DNA from: Asterias rubens
Taxonomy: Eukaryota
Assembly (NCBI RefSeq): GCF_902459465.1
Contig: NC_047074.1
Location: 14,012,001-14,076,000, forward strand
Length of the DNA stretch: 64,000 nt
Direction: 5' to 3'
Part shown: positions 1 through 16,000 of the stretch, in pieces
Layout: each line of letters opens with the position of its first letter
How positions within the stretch are numbered: position 1 is the first letter of the stretch
Made by a program: the position numbers and the translations under genes
The notes under the pieces: model-generated
Told to the model about the DNA's origin: nothing
What the model saw: only the letters and a program-made list of their open reading frames with translations
Database searches by the model: none

Positions 1-3385
<3,385 letters not shown>

Positions 3386-3604
3386 TTGTACATTATCATT
3401 CAAGTCTCTGCAATAACCAGAAAGAGTGTGATGTAAAAGTACAAGGTATGCCAACTTATATTAACACATTGGCTTTATATGGTATAGGTGCTTAAAGCCA
3501 ACTACTGATGAGTTGTAAGTTATGAATGTAAACTTTGGCAGTGGATTGTGGCTGCAGAAAATAAACAGGCTCAAATTAAGCTTTAATTTTTGGCTTTTAG
3601 GTGC

Positions 3605-4099
3605 TTAACCCTTTAGTCCCTGCACCGCCCGAGTTTGCTGAAAACCAATTTCTCAAGATTCTTGCAGTAAATTACTGAATAGTAGTTCGCATTTTAAAAG
3701 CTTAATATGGCTTAATATGTATGTACAATTTTTTACCCTTTCGGTAATATTTGTATAAAAGTACAAGTGCTTATGGGAACAATAAATGCCTCTCGTTAAA
3801 CGTCTACGGTAATTTTTATGGCGAATATTTTTTGTGCATGGATGAAATGGACACAATAGCTTTTCGAGGCTTTTGCCTGGCTCAATGCTCATACTGATAA
3901 ATGAGCGTTTTTTTTGTAAGAGCTCAATTATTTCATCATCATTAGCTTCGACAAGTCAACTGTATATTAACAAATGCGTAGACCTACTAGTGACTATCGA
4001 GTTTCTTTTGATGTTCCTTTTTTTTCTACAAACACAAGCTAGCGAGGTTTCCTCGTACCGCATAGAGGCGGCTGGGCGGTACAGTGGCTAAATGGTTAA
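3605..4099. mobile_element. Non-autonomous piggyBac-like element (3609-4095) with TTAA target-site duplication
   Basis: TTAA at 3605-3608 and 4096-4099. TIRs CCCTTTAGTCCCTGCACCGCCC and (rc) CCATTTAGCCACTGTACCGCCC match at 18/22. No transposase ORF. Confidence 0.75.
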
Positions 4100-5242
4100 A
4101 GCCAACTACTGGTGAGTTGTAAGTTATAAATGTAAACTTTGGCAGTGGATTGTGGCTGCAGAAAATGAACAGGTTCAATTTGAGTGGACTTAGAAACTTA
4201 TATTTTTATGCCATGATCTGCTGAGTGTCATTTTTGAAAGAAATTTGTATTTATTAATTCTTTGAAATTAGGTATAATTTGACCCCCCTCCCCCATGGAC
4301 CTGTTGTAGATGTCGCCCCTTAGGCTTCCCCATGAACCCTTTAGAGCTTCCAACCCTACCTTCTCGTCTTTCCTGTAAAGTCATTTTAAAAATGCTCATT
4401 TTTTTTAAGGCTCTGTCGGCAGACCTGCCCCCCTGCCACACTACCAGTACCCCCCATCCTTAGGCAGTATCCGAATCTAGCCATAGCCGTAGCTGTAGCC
4501 GCTTATTCAGACACAGCCTTAGTGACATGTTGGTTGCACCACTCTATGGTTGCACTAGGAAATATAAGGCATACCGTAAAGAGAGAATTATTTAAACGTT
4601 TCTTTTTGTTATATCAAATTTATCGAGGAATATTTAAAGTTAACCGTTGATGCTTAGTGTGTACAAACATCAAGATATTATAAGCTATAAGATGAGCTTG
4701 ACCCATCGACTTCTCATTAACTTTTGTTAGGGGAAAAGTTTTTAATTTACTCACCATGTTTTTATTTGGTGGTGATCTCAAATGGTGAACTTACACCTTT
4801 TATAATGCCGAGGTCCAAATTTCGTAAACTGAAATAGGAAGTGTGTAACTTGCTCTCACTAATTGAGAATAATATTGAACAAATTCTGGGGAGATTTCAG
4901 TGGTTTAGAATACAAATTTCCATCTATTAATTGACACATCAGTATACATAAACAATAAATTATGTAAAGAAAATATTTGAATCTAAATATGAGGGATTTT
5001 GAGCCAAGTAAATTGTTGTGAAAACAGATTGTGAAGATGTAAAAATAAAACATGACTATAAACACACTCATGTATTTCTCTTTGCAGATATAAATGTTTA
5101 TTTTGCAAACTTGTTTTGTTTTTATTTTATAAAATACTGTCTGTCTGTCTGTCAGTTAAACACCTTTCAATACATACAACATCCTTCTCTTCATTCCGTT
5201 TGACTCAATGTGTCTAATAACCTCTTACTATCTTCGGCGCTT

Positions 5243-5590
5243 TTAAAGGAACACATTGACCTTGGATCGGCCGAGTTGGTCTCTGAAAAGCGTTTGTAAC
5301 CGTTTTTTATAAAATGCAAATGGGTAGAAAGATGTTGTAAAAGTAGAATACAATGATCCACACAAACATGCCTCGAAATTGCACGGTTTTCCTTTTACCT
5401 TGTCGACTAACACGGTCGGCCATTTATGGGAGTCAAATTTTTTACTCCCATAAATGGCCGACCATGTTAGTTTGCACAGTAAAAGGCAAACTTGTGTGGA
5501 TCATTTTGTATTCTACTTTTAAAACATCTTTCCAACCATATGCATTTTTATAGACTAACTCGTCCAATCCAAGGCAACGTGTTCTTTCAA
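5243..5590. mobile_element. Long fold-back (palindromic) element, Kolobok-like start TTAA-AGGAACAC
   Basis: Arms are inverted around a centre near 5438 (CGGCCATTTATGGGAGT...ACTCCCATAAATGGCCG; TAGAATACAATGATCCACACAA / TTGTGTGGATCATTTTGTATTCTA). Confidence 0.7.
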
Positions 5591-5715
5591 GTCCTAACAT
5601 TTTTAAAGAGCGACTCGCACCACGCAAAGGCACCAGACTAAATTAAATAATTTGCACCAGAATAAAAACAATCAGTGGCTAGAGTCACATGTTGCTTACT
5701 TTGTTTGTTTACATT

Positions 5716-5941
5716 GGGTGCGTTTGATTAGCTTCCCTGAGTCAACCCCGGTCTGCCCCCGGTGTGTTTGAATAGCTTTGACGTCATTCATAGGGGCTCA
5801 CCCGGGTCAGTGCCCTGCTTGTGGAACGGGTCACTTGGGCTGGCCTGAGGTGCATGACGTTACCATTAGAGGGTGAGTGTGATCGTTCGATTAGCTCTTA
5901 TAACCGCGGGGTCAACATGGGGAAGCTAATCGATCGCATCC
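5716..5941. mobile_element. MITE with Harbinger/Tourist-like TIRs
   Basis: GGGTGCGTTTGATTAGCTTCCC ... GGGAAGCTAATCGATCGCATCC inverted ends. Confidence 0.6.
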
Positions 5942-8900
5942 ACAATGAGTCACGTGATTTTAGTCGCCGATTGTATCTATTGCATGATTAAGTAAATAAA
6001 CTCGTGGCTTCAATCACAACCATAGTGACAAGCAAACTATGGGTAGATGTCAGTTGAAATCAAATAAATACTTCAAAATGGTTTTAAATACAGTGCAAAG
6101 ATTTAAAAAAACAATGATTATTTTATATAAGACACAACAAATAAATGTTAAAGAGACATTTATTTTTAATTTTAAGTGCATATCATTTTTTGGTAAACCG
6201 TGTTTCAAACAATTTAATAGAACTGCGTAAGCACAAACAGTACTTTTTAGCTCAGCACAGAACAAAATTTGCTTACCAGATTAAGGTCACCAGCCAAAAT
6301 ACCATTCTACTGGTTTTATGCTAACTTTTGCTGAGCAGAAAAAAAGTTGAGCACAAATTTTTGCCTTTAAAGGCAGCTGTATTACTTGGGTCATGGACAG
6401 CCATAAAAGCTGACTTTATTATTTTTAAATCCAACATGGCTGCCACATGTCAAAGGTCATCCACCTTAGTGCATAACTTTTAATCTGAATAAATAGACAT
6501 AAAACTTTCCTCATGTTGAGAACTAATAGTTTACAAAACTAGAACAAAACAGAATTACTGTGAGTTGCCTAGGAATCTAGTTACCACTTAAATGTACACA
6601 AACTTTGGAACGTAAAAGTGAGAAAACAAATGCGATGAAAATGACAAATTTACTTGATACATTCTTATTCATCACTTAATTTATACAAGTTTGCTGTGCG
6701 TTTCAAAGCCATAAATAACTTTGCGTTGAAGCCTTTGATTCCATGCTTCACTCATCTTCCAGAAAAAAAGCAAGAGACTAGAAAACTGATGCATTGGTGT
6801 ATGGTGATTTACAAAACAAATTTCTTTCTCCAGTTAAAAAAAAGTCTGGAAAGTTCTTTTGTTATAATGTTAAAAATAAGAGGCCATACTTTAGTAATTT
6901 TGGGAAATTCGAAATTTGAAATTTGAAAGGCTTACTTGTAAAGATGTTGGTATAAGCATCCTGCGGAATTATTTTGTCTGAAATGCCCCTAAAAAAATCA
7001 ATAAAAACATTTGAATCTTAGAAACGATTCTTAATGCATGAATCGTTTCTCAGATTAATGAGGGTTGGTTTCCTTATTAAACGTGGATCGATTCAATGTT
7101 CTTTTGAAAAAAAATGTGACAGTTTTTTGCTGTTTTCTTAACAAGTAGACGCTGTATAAACTTTTACATGTGACTTGTACTCTATTTTGATAATTGTGAC
7201 TGATAATAAATCAGCATTTACATTGACAAAAAAAATAATAAAAATCTATGACCCTACCTTTAACATCTCTGATCCATGATATTTCTTAATATACAGAATT
7301 TAAATTTACATAAGAAACATGCTCCTCAAATCGTGCAAAAAAGTTCAAAATTTGAGTTGACTTTTAAACAGTTAAAAAATGCCTAAAATTGTCTGAATAC
7401 ATGAAGAGTTTAACCCTGCGAGGTGGCTACATGTACTAGCACATCTATCCTGAATAATAATTTCTCATGCATTCACTAAATATTTTTTAAATACTACAAA
7501 CCTTCACTTGTTTTTAAGATCATCTCCGCTTTCACACACATATTTTAAAACTACCTGCAGCTTTTCCATTTCAATAGATAATCTACAAGAATATACAGTG
7601 GGAGATCTAACAAAAACATTCTTTCTCTTGATATAAAAATCATCTTCATTACAACCTTTTCCCGATAAATCTTTCTTTCATATTTCCTCTCTTTTATATT
7701 ATTTTATACAACATTTCAAGTGATATTTAATTTCCGAATAAACACAAGCTTAATATTTTTATTACATCATAATTTCCTCCCAGTTTTTTTTAAACGTGTG
7801 CCTCTAAACAGTGAGGCCTGGGGGACGAATCCTTATTTTTTTTTATTTTATGAAGTGACATTATGTTCAGGAATTAATTACTCATTAAAATAGTTGCAAG
7901 AATGAACAAATATTGACAGTTCTGTGCGAGTTTGAAAATTAGTTTCAACTTCAACACATAATTTATTTCTGTTGACCAGCGACGAAATCATAAAACATGG
8001 TTTATGGAATAAAAAAAGTAAGCATGAATATTTTTAAAAAGGTCTTTTTGAACTAAATCTTTGGTAAACGAAACATACTCTATTGGTAAACAGGGTGATG
8101 TTTAGCATACTCTGTTTTTGAACAAAGGAATATTACAACAACAGGAATAAATTATAGTATAATAAATTTAAAAAAAACTATAGGCCTACAGTATCAGTAA
8201 CATTTCAGAAACCAACCACAATGTTACAGTAATAAATGATGGTTTTTGATACATTCACATTTCAAGGAACTCAATACCGCATAAGTTACCTTGTATTAAT
8301 TTCAGAAACCAATGCAAAATGCTCTTTTTATGTTAAATTCTGAATACTGTTGATTTTTTGTTAACAAGCCTGTTCATACTCGTTGCATTTTCACTGCATA
8401 GACAAGAAGTGATTCATACTTTAATTTTGAAATGTGAGGGAAAGACCCACAGAGTTGAAAATTTAAACCTGTTTTCAAAACGCCAAATTCAATCCCGAGG
8501 AAATAGTAACCCCAGAGAATTCACCACGTTTGTTTTTTCTGAGCACGCGACAATTCTTAGAACAATGGGTTCGCCTGGTTGTTTGCTGCCACTGGTTTCC
8601 CCCAAGTCTCAAGTTATTCTGAGGATCAATTACTAGCCAACCTCACCCTGTTTTTTTCATTGTACGAATGCCTCAATAGAATAAATTAAGTCTATACAAG
8701 GTCTTCTAATAGTATGTATTTGCATTGCATGGCACTTATTTAATGCTTTCTACCCTGGAATGCACACAGCGACAACTTATTTATTTACTAGCATCATTTA
8801 TCGGAGATTGAACATTCTTATTTCAATTTGGAATCACGTCGCATAAACAAAATAAGTAGTTTTTAAGGAAAGGTTTCGTGCTCTTGCAAGATTTTTCTTG

Positions 8901-10056
8901 AAGCAAAATCTATCAGGGGGATTTAAGATAGTTTTAAGGAATGCATTAAAGAAACTATCAAAGATTAAAAAAAAAAAATCCCAAGAGATTTTTGGTTTAA
9001 AGAATATGTAACGGTAGTTTTACTTACCAAGTAAGCAAGAAAGAAGACATTAAAACAGTTACAAAAGTGGCAAGAAGCTGATCTCATAGGACAAGATTCC
9101 CAAAGGAAACCTCCATAAAAACTATCCGTAAATGATGTTTTTTCTGCGTCCAAATATTATCCGAAGAATGCACCATATTAGAGTTCTACATTTGGATGTC
9201 AAGCGGGCAATTTGAAATTGCAAACATCTATGTTACCTGGAAAATATAAGATGTTTATTTTTGCTGTTAAAAATGGTTTCATTCTGGTCAGGTCATAGTT
9301 ATTATATATTTCTGGTAATGAAACCGAGATGCTTCATTATAGAACTTAATCACTGTAGCTCACAAGCCTGAGGAAACCTTTAACTGAGGGTGTTTACTGT
9401 GTGAACTTGAAACACTAATGTTAACCTCTACTCTTCCATGTTAAGTGTTCTTGGTTCTACTAAGTGACGACCACTCCTAGTATATGGGACCTATGCCTTA
9501 AAGTGCTATCAAAAGGAAAAAGTAATTATGGTAAAGTATCTTGCTCAAAGACACAAGTACCACGAGCGGGACTCGAACCCACACTCTGCTGAACAGAAAC
9601 ACCAGAGCCAAAGTCTGGGGCTCTTAACAGCTCAAACATGATCAAACCGGAACAGGCCTGTACTGGAACTTTTGCCCAGCACTCTGAGAAAAATACATTA
9701 TGCTGCCCAACACAGATTTCAAATATTGTCCATTTTGCATTGATCTGAGACACAGCTAATGATGAGGAGAATCAAATGTCACAGAGAAAGAACACAATCA
9801 AGAGGCCATTCAAATTTCTCTTGGTAGCATAACATAATTTTGTTGATCCCCTTGCCATCGGAAGACTTCCAAATTTGATTTATTGCCCACCACTAAAATT
9901 GGTCTAGCTACAACCCTTCCTAGAAGCATTTGCAAGTATCAGAGCTAAAAAGTGAAAATTTTGGAATATTATATCAAAATGCCTTTTTTACAATCACAAC
10001 TTTTTCTTCAACGAACATCTAAGTTGCTTGACTTACTCAGGAGTTGTATGTTGATC

Positions 10057-13000
10057 TCAGACATCAGCTGCGTTCGGAGCGTAGGGCGGAGGTCTATTTC
10101 GAGGTGCTGGGATAGGTCTCATGTCTTGTGGACTTACGTTCTGTAGAGGGCCTACTGCAACGACGGGCTGGTAGGCAGATTGCGTCATCTGGTAGGCAGG
10201 ACGAGATGGGGTACTCTGTGGAGTGGGAATGTAATTTCGTGGTATCTGGGCAACCTGAATGAAACAAATAATTTATTTTTTATTTGTGTATATATTTGTC
10301 ATTATTTGCATACAAGTAAACAAGTAAGTGACAAAACATTAAAAGTCACAAAAAAAATACAATAATAATTATTGTGTTTTACAATAATATTTGAAATTTG
10401 TCTTTGCAGCACAAATGCTCAAAACAAAGAATGCAAATGTGGAATTTTGTTTCAACCTGTAATTGCGATTGGGGGAAGGAATTTACTAATGAATTACTTT
10501 TCTCCCTCTTCTCTCTTTTTGATTTTGCTCTTGGTGTTTTCAACTTCTTGTCAAACCAGCCTCCTACCCTCTAATCCAGCACCATGAGTGTCATGCCTAA
10601 GCACTTTATAGGAGGTCGCTGTTGTTAACCCACCCCTCTTGTCACCCTCATCACTGTTATTCCCTTGATTTGTCTGTGTGCTTTCTGCCTCTCTCTCTCT
10701 CTTTTCATCTCTTTCCTCTTGACTGCTTATGTTACACTAATGCACCTTTTTATGTTTGTTGTCTTGTCATTGAGCCTTTGAGAAAATGTCGGGCCACTAA
10801 CTCTTTATTTGTTTGCATTTAACAAAACATGTGAAGGTTGGGAAGTAGTACATTCTGCTCTGCCAGCCAGGCTCCTAGTGTTGCCTAGTGTACAAATTGT
10901 GAAGGGGGTAACCTTGTTTCACCTTGTAGGTGACAACGTGCCCCTGGTGGCAAGTTGATTTGGGTTGAAAGCCCTGATCAGTTAAGAGTAGCCCTAGCCT
11001 TAAAGTGGCCGTCCGGCCTTTTTGATGTTAGGCGCTTTCTCACAATTATTTTTACAAAAAAGTCTAATACTTACTAGGTTTTTGTAGCCACTGACTAACG
11101 CCCCAACCACCACGCCATGTAAGAGAGCCAATGAAAGAAATGAGACCGACGTCCAAAGAAGATTAATGTATGACCCGCTGATGACATCACAGGAATTCAC
11201 TCCAGAGAAATAGGATGGAATCTCTGAAAGACTGGAATCATTAATCAATAAGTTAATATTTTTTAATAGTCAATAACGTCTATTTTTATAATAATTTCTT
11301 TATTTTAATAATCAATCAATTCTTATCTTACATAATCAATAACTATTTACTTAATCTGTTTAAAAAATTGACCAGAGCAGGACTTTTATTTTTTGCATGA
11401 ATGTACAACTTTTTGATTGGCATTACATGTAAGACACTTTCTGTCCAATAAGTTGGTATGATACTTTCTGCTTCTCCCAGACTCCCAATGCTGGCGTCAA
11501 GACATCACCCGACTTGACCAGATAATCCACCATAAAGGGGATTTAAATAATCATTCCTAATCTCTCTTTTTAATCCAAGGCAAAAAAGGCATGTAATACT
11601 AGGTCTTTCATGCAAAGACGTTTCTTGATTTACTGCTGTGTGTTTCCTCAGCTATAAGGGGTCACTCCATAAATGTCTTACCCAACGGACTGAAAGGCGC
11701 AGTTGGCTTCTCTCTGTGTCGTCACATAGCAACAGTAGCACGTACTGAGCATGCTCACTGACCTTTCACATCCAGCTGTGACCTGACAGTTTGCTAATCC
11801 AGAACTGGAATGATTGCACTTTGAGATGTCTACTCTCTGTTCAGTCCACCAGAAAAAAAGAAAAAAGAAGAAGAATGAAGTCAAGAATCAAAAATTGAAT
11901 TTCACATGGATTCTCACACACTTATTTGTGCATGTATGTTTTTTCCACCACTCTCTTACATTTGGTTTAATGACTTTGAAATAATGTAAATAAAAACTAT
12001 GGTAAGAAGTACTGCAGCTTAGGATAGTACGATGCATTTGAGTAACATTAAACACAATTGGAGTAGCTACGTGGCCCAATTTCATAGAGCTGCTTAAGCA
12101 CAAAATTTTGCTTAAGCAAACAAAATCATGCTTAGTAAAATCAGATTACTGGCCAAGACTCCACTCAATTGTTATGCTAAGTAAACAACAGCTAAATACC
12201 AGTCACAAGTAATGTATGACATGAAATTTTGGCCAGTAACATGTGTAAAATAAGCAAGCTATTTTCGTGCTTAAGCAAATTTGTTGCTTAAGCAGCTCTA
12301 TGAAATTGGCCCCTGTCTATAACCCTACCAATTTGAGACATTACAGGGTGAGGTATCAATACATGTTTGGTTTGTGCTATCACCATGTGTGTTTACTTGC
12401 CAGGTAGATTTTGTTCTACTCCGCTGTAGTAGAATACATAGCAAGACAGTTCTCTAAAGAACAAACTCTACCTGGCAAGTAGATAGACACATGGTGTTAC
12501 TGCAAACCAAATATATACCAAAAGAATGGTGTGTCTTTCCTGATCGATTCTTACCGAGACTGCAGAAGCAGTTACCCCATCAATAATTGCACCAATAAAC
12601 GCCAGGAAGATTCCAATAACCAGAAAAGCAGTACCCGCTACCATCCAGCATCGTCCTTCTTGTTTGTTGTAAACTCCGACTAACGACAGTAAGGCACCCA
12701 GAAGAAGCTGTGGATTAGAGCAAGATCAATTAGATGGGAATGACAGGGGGTGAGGATTTTACTCGGTCTTGATTCAACTGAAGTGATAGGGATGGATGAC
12801 TTTTGAGGCGATAACGCGCATCCCAGTCAGTAGAAAAGGACTATTGAGAGCTCTCCGTCATCAAAAAGCCTCCCATTATAAAGAGAATGTCACTTTAAAA
12901 AGGGTGTAATTAAAATTTTAAAAAAGGAGATAAAATAAATTAAAAAATCCCCAATAAAGGAAGTTTCATAAATTTCATGTTTCCGCAAACCAACTTAAGG

Positions 13001-16000
13001 TTAGTGTGCTCCTAAGGTAACTAGGCAATCTTTATTTCAACACTGAATATTTTAGCTGGTACTCACCCCTCCGGCTGCCCACCATGACCCTGCGTTTATG
13101 TTGTGCACCATCTGATATGTTGTCGCTCCTATTGCTAACTCAATAATGGAGAGTAGAATCAGAATAATGCAGCACACTGCCGCTATTTTACGTCGCTTCT
13201 TGGCTTCTGTACAAAAAAAAAAAAGTTAATTCATGAGGCAACTTTTCTTACAGATAGAGCTTGACATTGTGGCCCAGAATGCCATAAGCCATTTTGAGAT
13301 TTGGGGTTTCTCAAATTTTAACTGAGCTTCAAAAAAATTAAACATCTAATTCAATTAAGCTTACAAACCTGTGTGCATTTTGTCCATAATACTCCTTTTA
13401 TCTCTGAAGGGCTCCAGCTCGCTCTATAAATAAAAAATTCAAATATATTAGTTTTACAACTCTGAATATTGTGCATTTTTGAAATACATGTAGTCCACAA
13501 TGTTATAACTCCAAAATTTGCATTGGTGGACCAGTTGCATTCATTCACCCATTCTCAGTCGATGCAGAGCATCGAATGATAACCCTCCAAACACGTTGGT
13601 CCTCCATTGCTCTACGCAGCTCTTCCCGTCGTAGGCCAGAGTCTCGGCACAAGGTGTCCACAAAGGTGGTTTGTGCATGGTCTGCCACAGGAACATGAGC
13701 GACCCCGAGTAGGGGGCTAAAGCACCAGCCTGCTAACTGCCAGCTCAGTATGTCTGAGACAGTGACCAGTTGCATAAAGATGGTTTTCAGTTCCTTTTTG
13801 GTTGTATGCCTTATGTAGTTGTGTGGCTTTCCAAGTATCCTCAGACTTACCGGTCACAGTGATAGTGTTCCTGGGTTTTATTATCAAGAAGATTAATAAG
13901 AAAAATAAGCTAGCGAAAACTTACACTTTTCTCAAAACCTAAAATAAATTAATTAGTTTTACAAATAAATTCAGACTTTATATTTCATGGAGGCAACAAA
14001 GGCGATTGCCTCCATGCCCCCTGGTCATTGCCTTGGGTGCCCTTGAAATGCTCCAGCTGAAATTTACAATTTCCTCATAGGGTGTCCTTTACCAAGGAGA
14101 GAATGCCTTGGTGCCCGTGTTCTTTCAAAAAGAAAGGGGCATTCTATCCCTTTAAATCAAAAAGAGGCAAGTGGTTTCCTAAAAGAGACAACCTAACAAT
14201 TTTCTACGTATATATTTCCTGTCTTGAACTGTGGTGATATTTTACTTTCATAATGGGAGACTTTTGAGACGCTTGGTGGCAGCAGACTTACCAGGTAAAA
14301 TCCATTGTTCTCGGTAATGTGTGCATGCTCAGAACTACGTAAACAATGGAAAGTTACCTGGTAAGTCTGCTGCCACCTTCGTTCCAAAGTCTCTCATTGA
14401 AACCTAGATTTTATATCCATATCATAACTGTCCTATCTGCCAGGGTACTTCCTGCCACTTTGTTTTGGTTTGAGTTGTGGTTTTATGACAACCATCTCAA
14501 CTTATTGTAAGAAACAAAGATCAAAACCAAACCATTGGCGCTCTGTACAGACATGTACAGTAGTTCAACTAGGGGACACTTGGCTGAGTCATCGACCAAC
14601 CAAGCTGAATCATAAAAGTTTGACCAATAAAAAAAAGGGTGTCAAAATTAGCTCATGATTATTTAATTTGATATTTGATTATTATAACAAAAACATACTT
14701 TTGTACACAGAGATGTGGCGAATTGCTTTATTGCTGTTCTATAATTATTAATTTTTCTCAAGAATCTCCTTCTCCCGGCACCCCGTACTAGGACTACCCG
14801 TACCAAAGAAAAACGTTGTGGTTACAGGTACCTTTGTTCCCTTGTGTAAAAGTCCCCACAGCTCTGTATGCCAGAACACTGCAATGATGTGTTCCAACAG
14901 GTACATTATACCATGCCTGATATGTGGCAACTGGTGTCCCCAACCCCCTCCCCCCCCAATACAAAAACAACACCCAAATACATGCACTTTAATACAGAAG
15001 TACACTACCCCCCCTTTAAAAAAAAAAAACCCACAACAACAAGCAGAAGAAACAAAAACCAACAACAACAATAATAACAGCGACAACAACAACAACGACG
15101 AGAACAACTACAACAATGACAACCACAACAACATCAATAACAATTCCTCTAAAGAATTTCTGGAGATCCCTGAATACAAAACAGAGACAACAATAAAGTG
15201 GGGGGGGGGGGTATTGTACCCCACACCACATATCAATCACCAAATAAGCGTGGAGGTGATTCCCATACACTGATCTTTCTGATGCGGTCATAAAACCAAG
15301 ATCTCAAAGGGACATCTGTATCCTGTGGCTAATTTCAATAATAGTTTGTATTTTTTTTTACTTCGTGACAAAAAGTGGATGCTGGCCATTTTCAAAGTAA
15401 TCTGTGCATAATGCATAATATTTTTTTCTGGACTGCTTTGTTTTGTTTGTTTGTGTTGGAGGGCAACCCAACAAAAGATTTACTCTAAATCCACTTCAGG
15501 CAGAGCTAATTTTCCCAGACAAGACTGAGCCAGACAGGTCTGGACTAGTTTTAGCTTACCAAAACAATTTTTCAAATGCACTTGTAATTATTTCGAAAAA
15601 AAAAAATTAAACGAGTCAGTGACTGACATTAAGTTTTATTTTGCCTCTAATGCAAAGTGACTGAATTTTGTTTGACACAATATGGGTAAACACAAATAAC
15701 AACAGAGACATATAATTGCTTTTAAAAATAAAACAATTGTAACAACTATAAGGTATACTTGAATGGAGGTAACCATCCTAAGTATTGTTTGAAGCTTTGC
15801 ATGGTGTGGAGAAATAAGGAGAAACTTAAACTTGCAGGTACAACCATGTGAAAATCTCTTAGGGGTGAGTGTTTGGCTCTGAAAAGAGCTGGTTGGGTCT
15901 CCGTAGACCAAACCGGCTCTTTTCAGAGCCAACAACTCTTTATTCGGAGACCAAGGCGGCTCTTTTCAGAGCCAACACTCACCCTAAGAGATTTACACAT

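Noticed and set aside
6564-6577. X-box-like GTTGCCTAGGAATC
   Set aside because: It is an imperfect match far from any predicted TSS, between convergent 3' ends, and is expected by chance in 64 kb.
11351-11355. Possible 5-nt micro-exon to fix a phase mismatch in the TMEM255-like gene
   Set aside because: An acceptor at 11232/11231 (TTCCAG|T) already gives the required phase 2, so no micro-exon is needed.
14748-15291. Overlapping ORFs of 68-151 aa
   Set aside because: They are driven by (AAC)n and homopolymer tracts; I found no recognisable domain or splice-consistent link.
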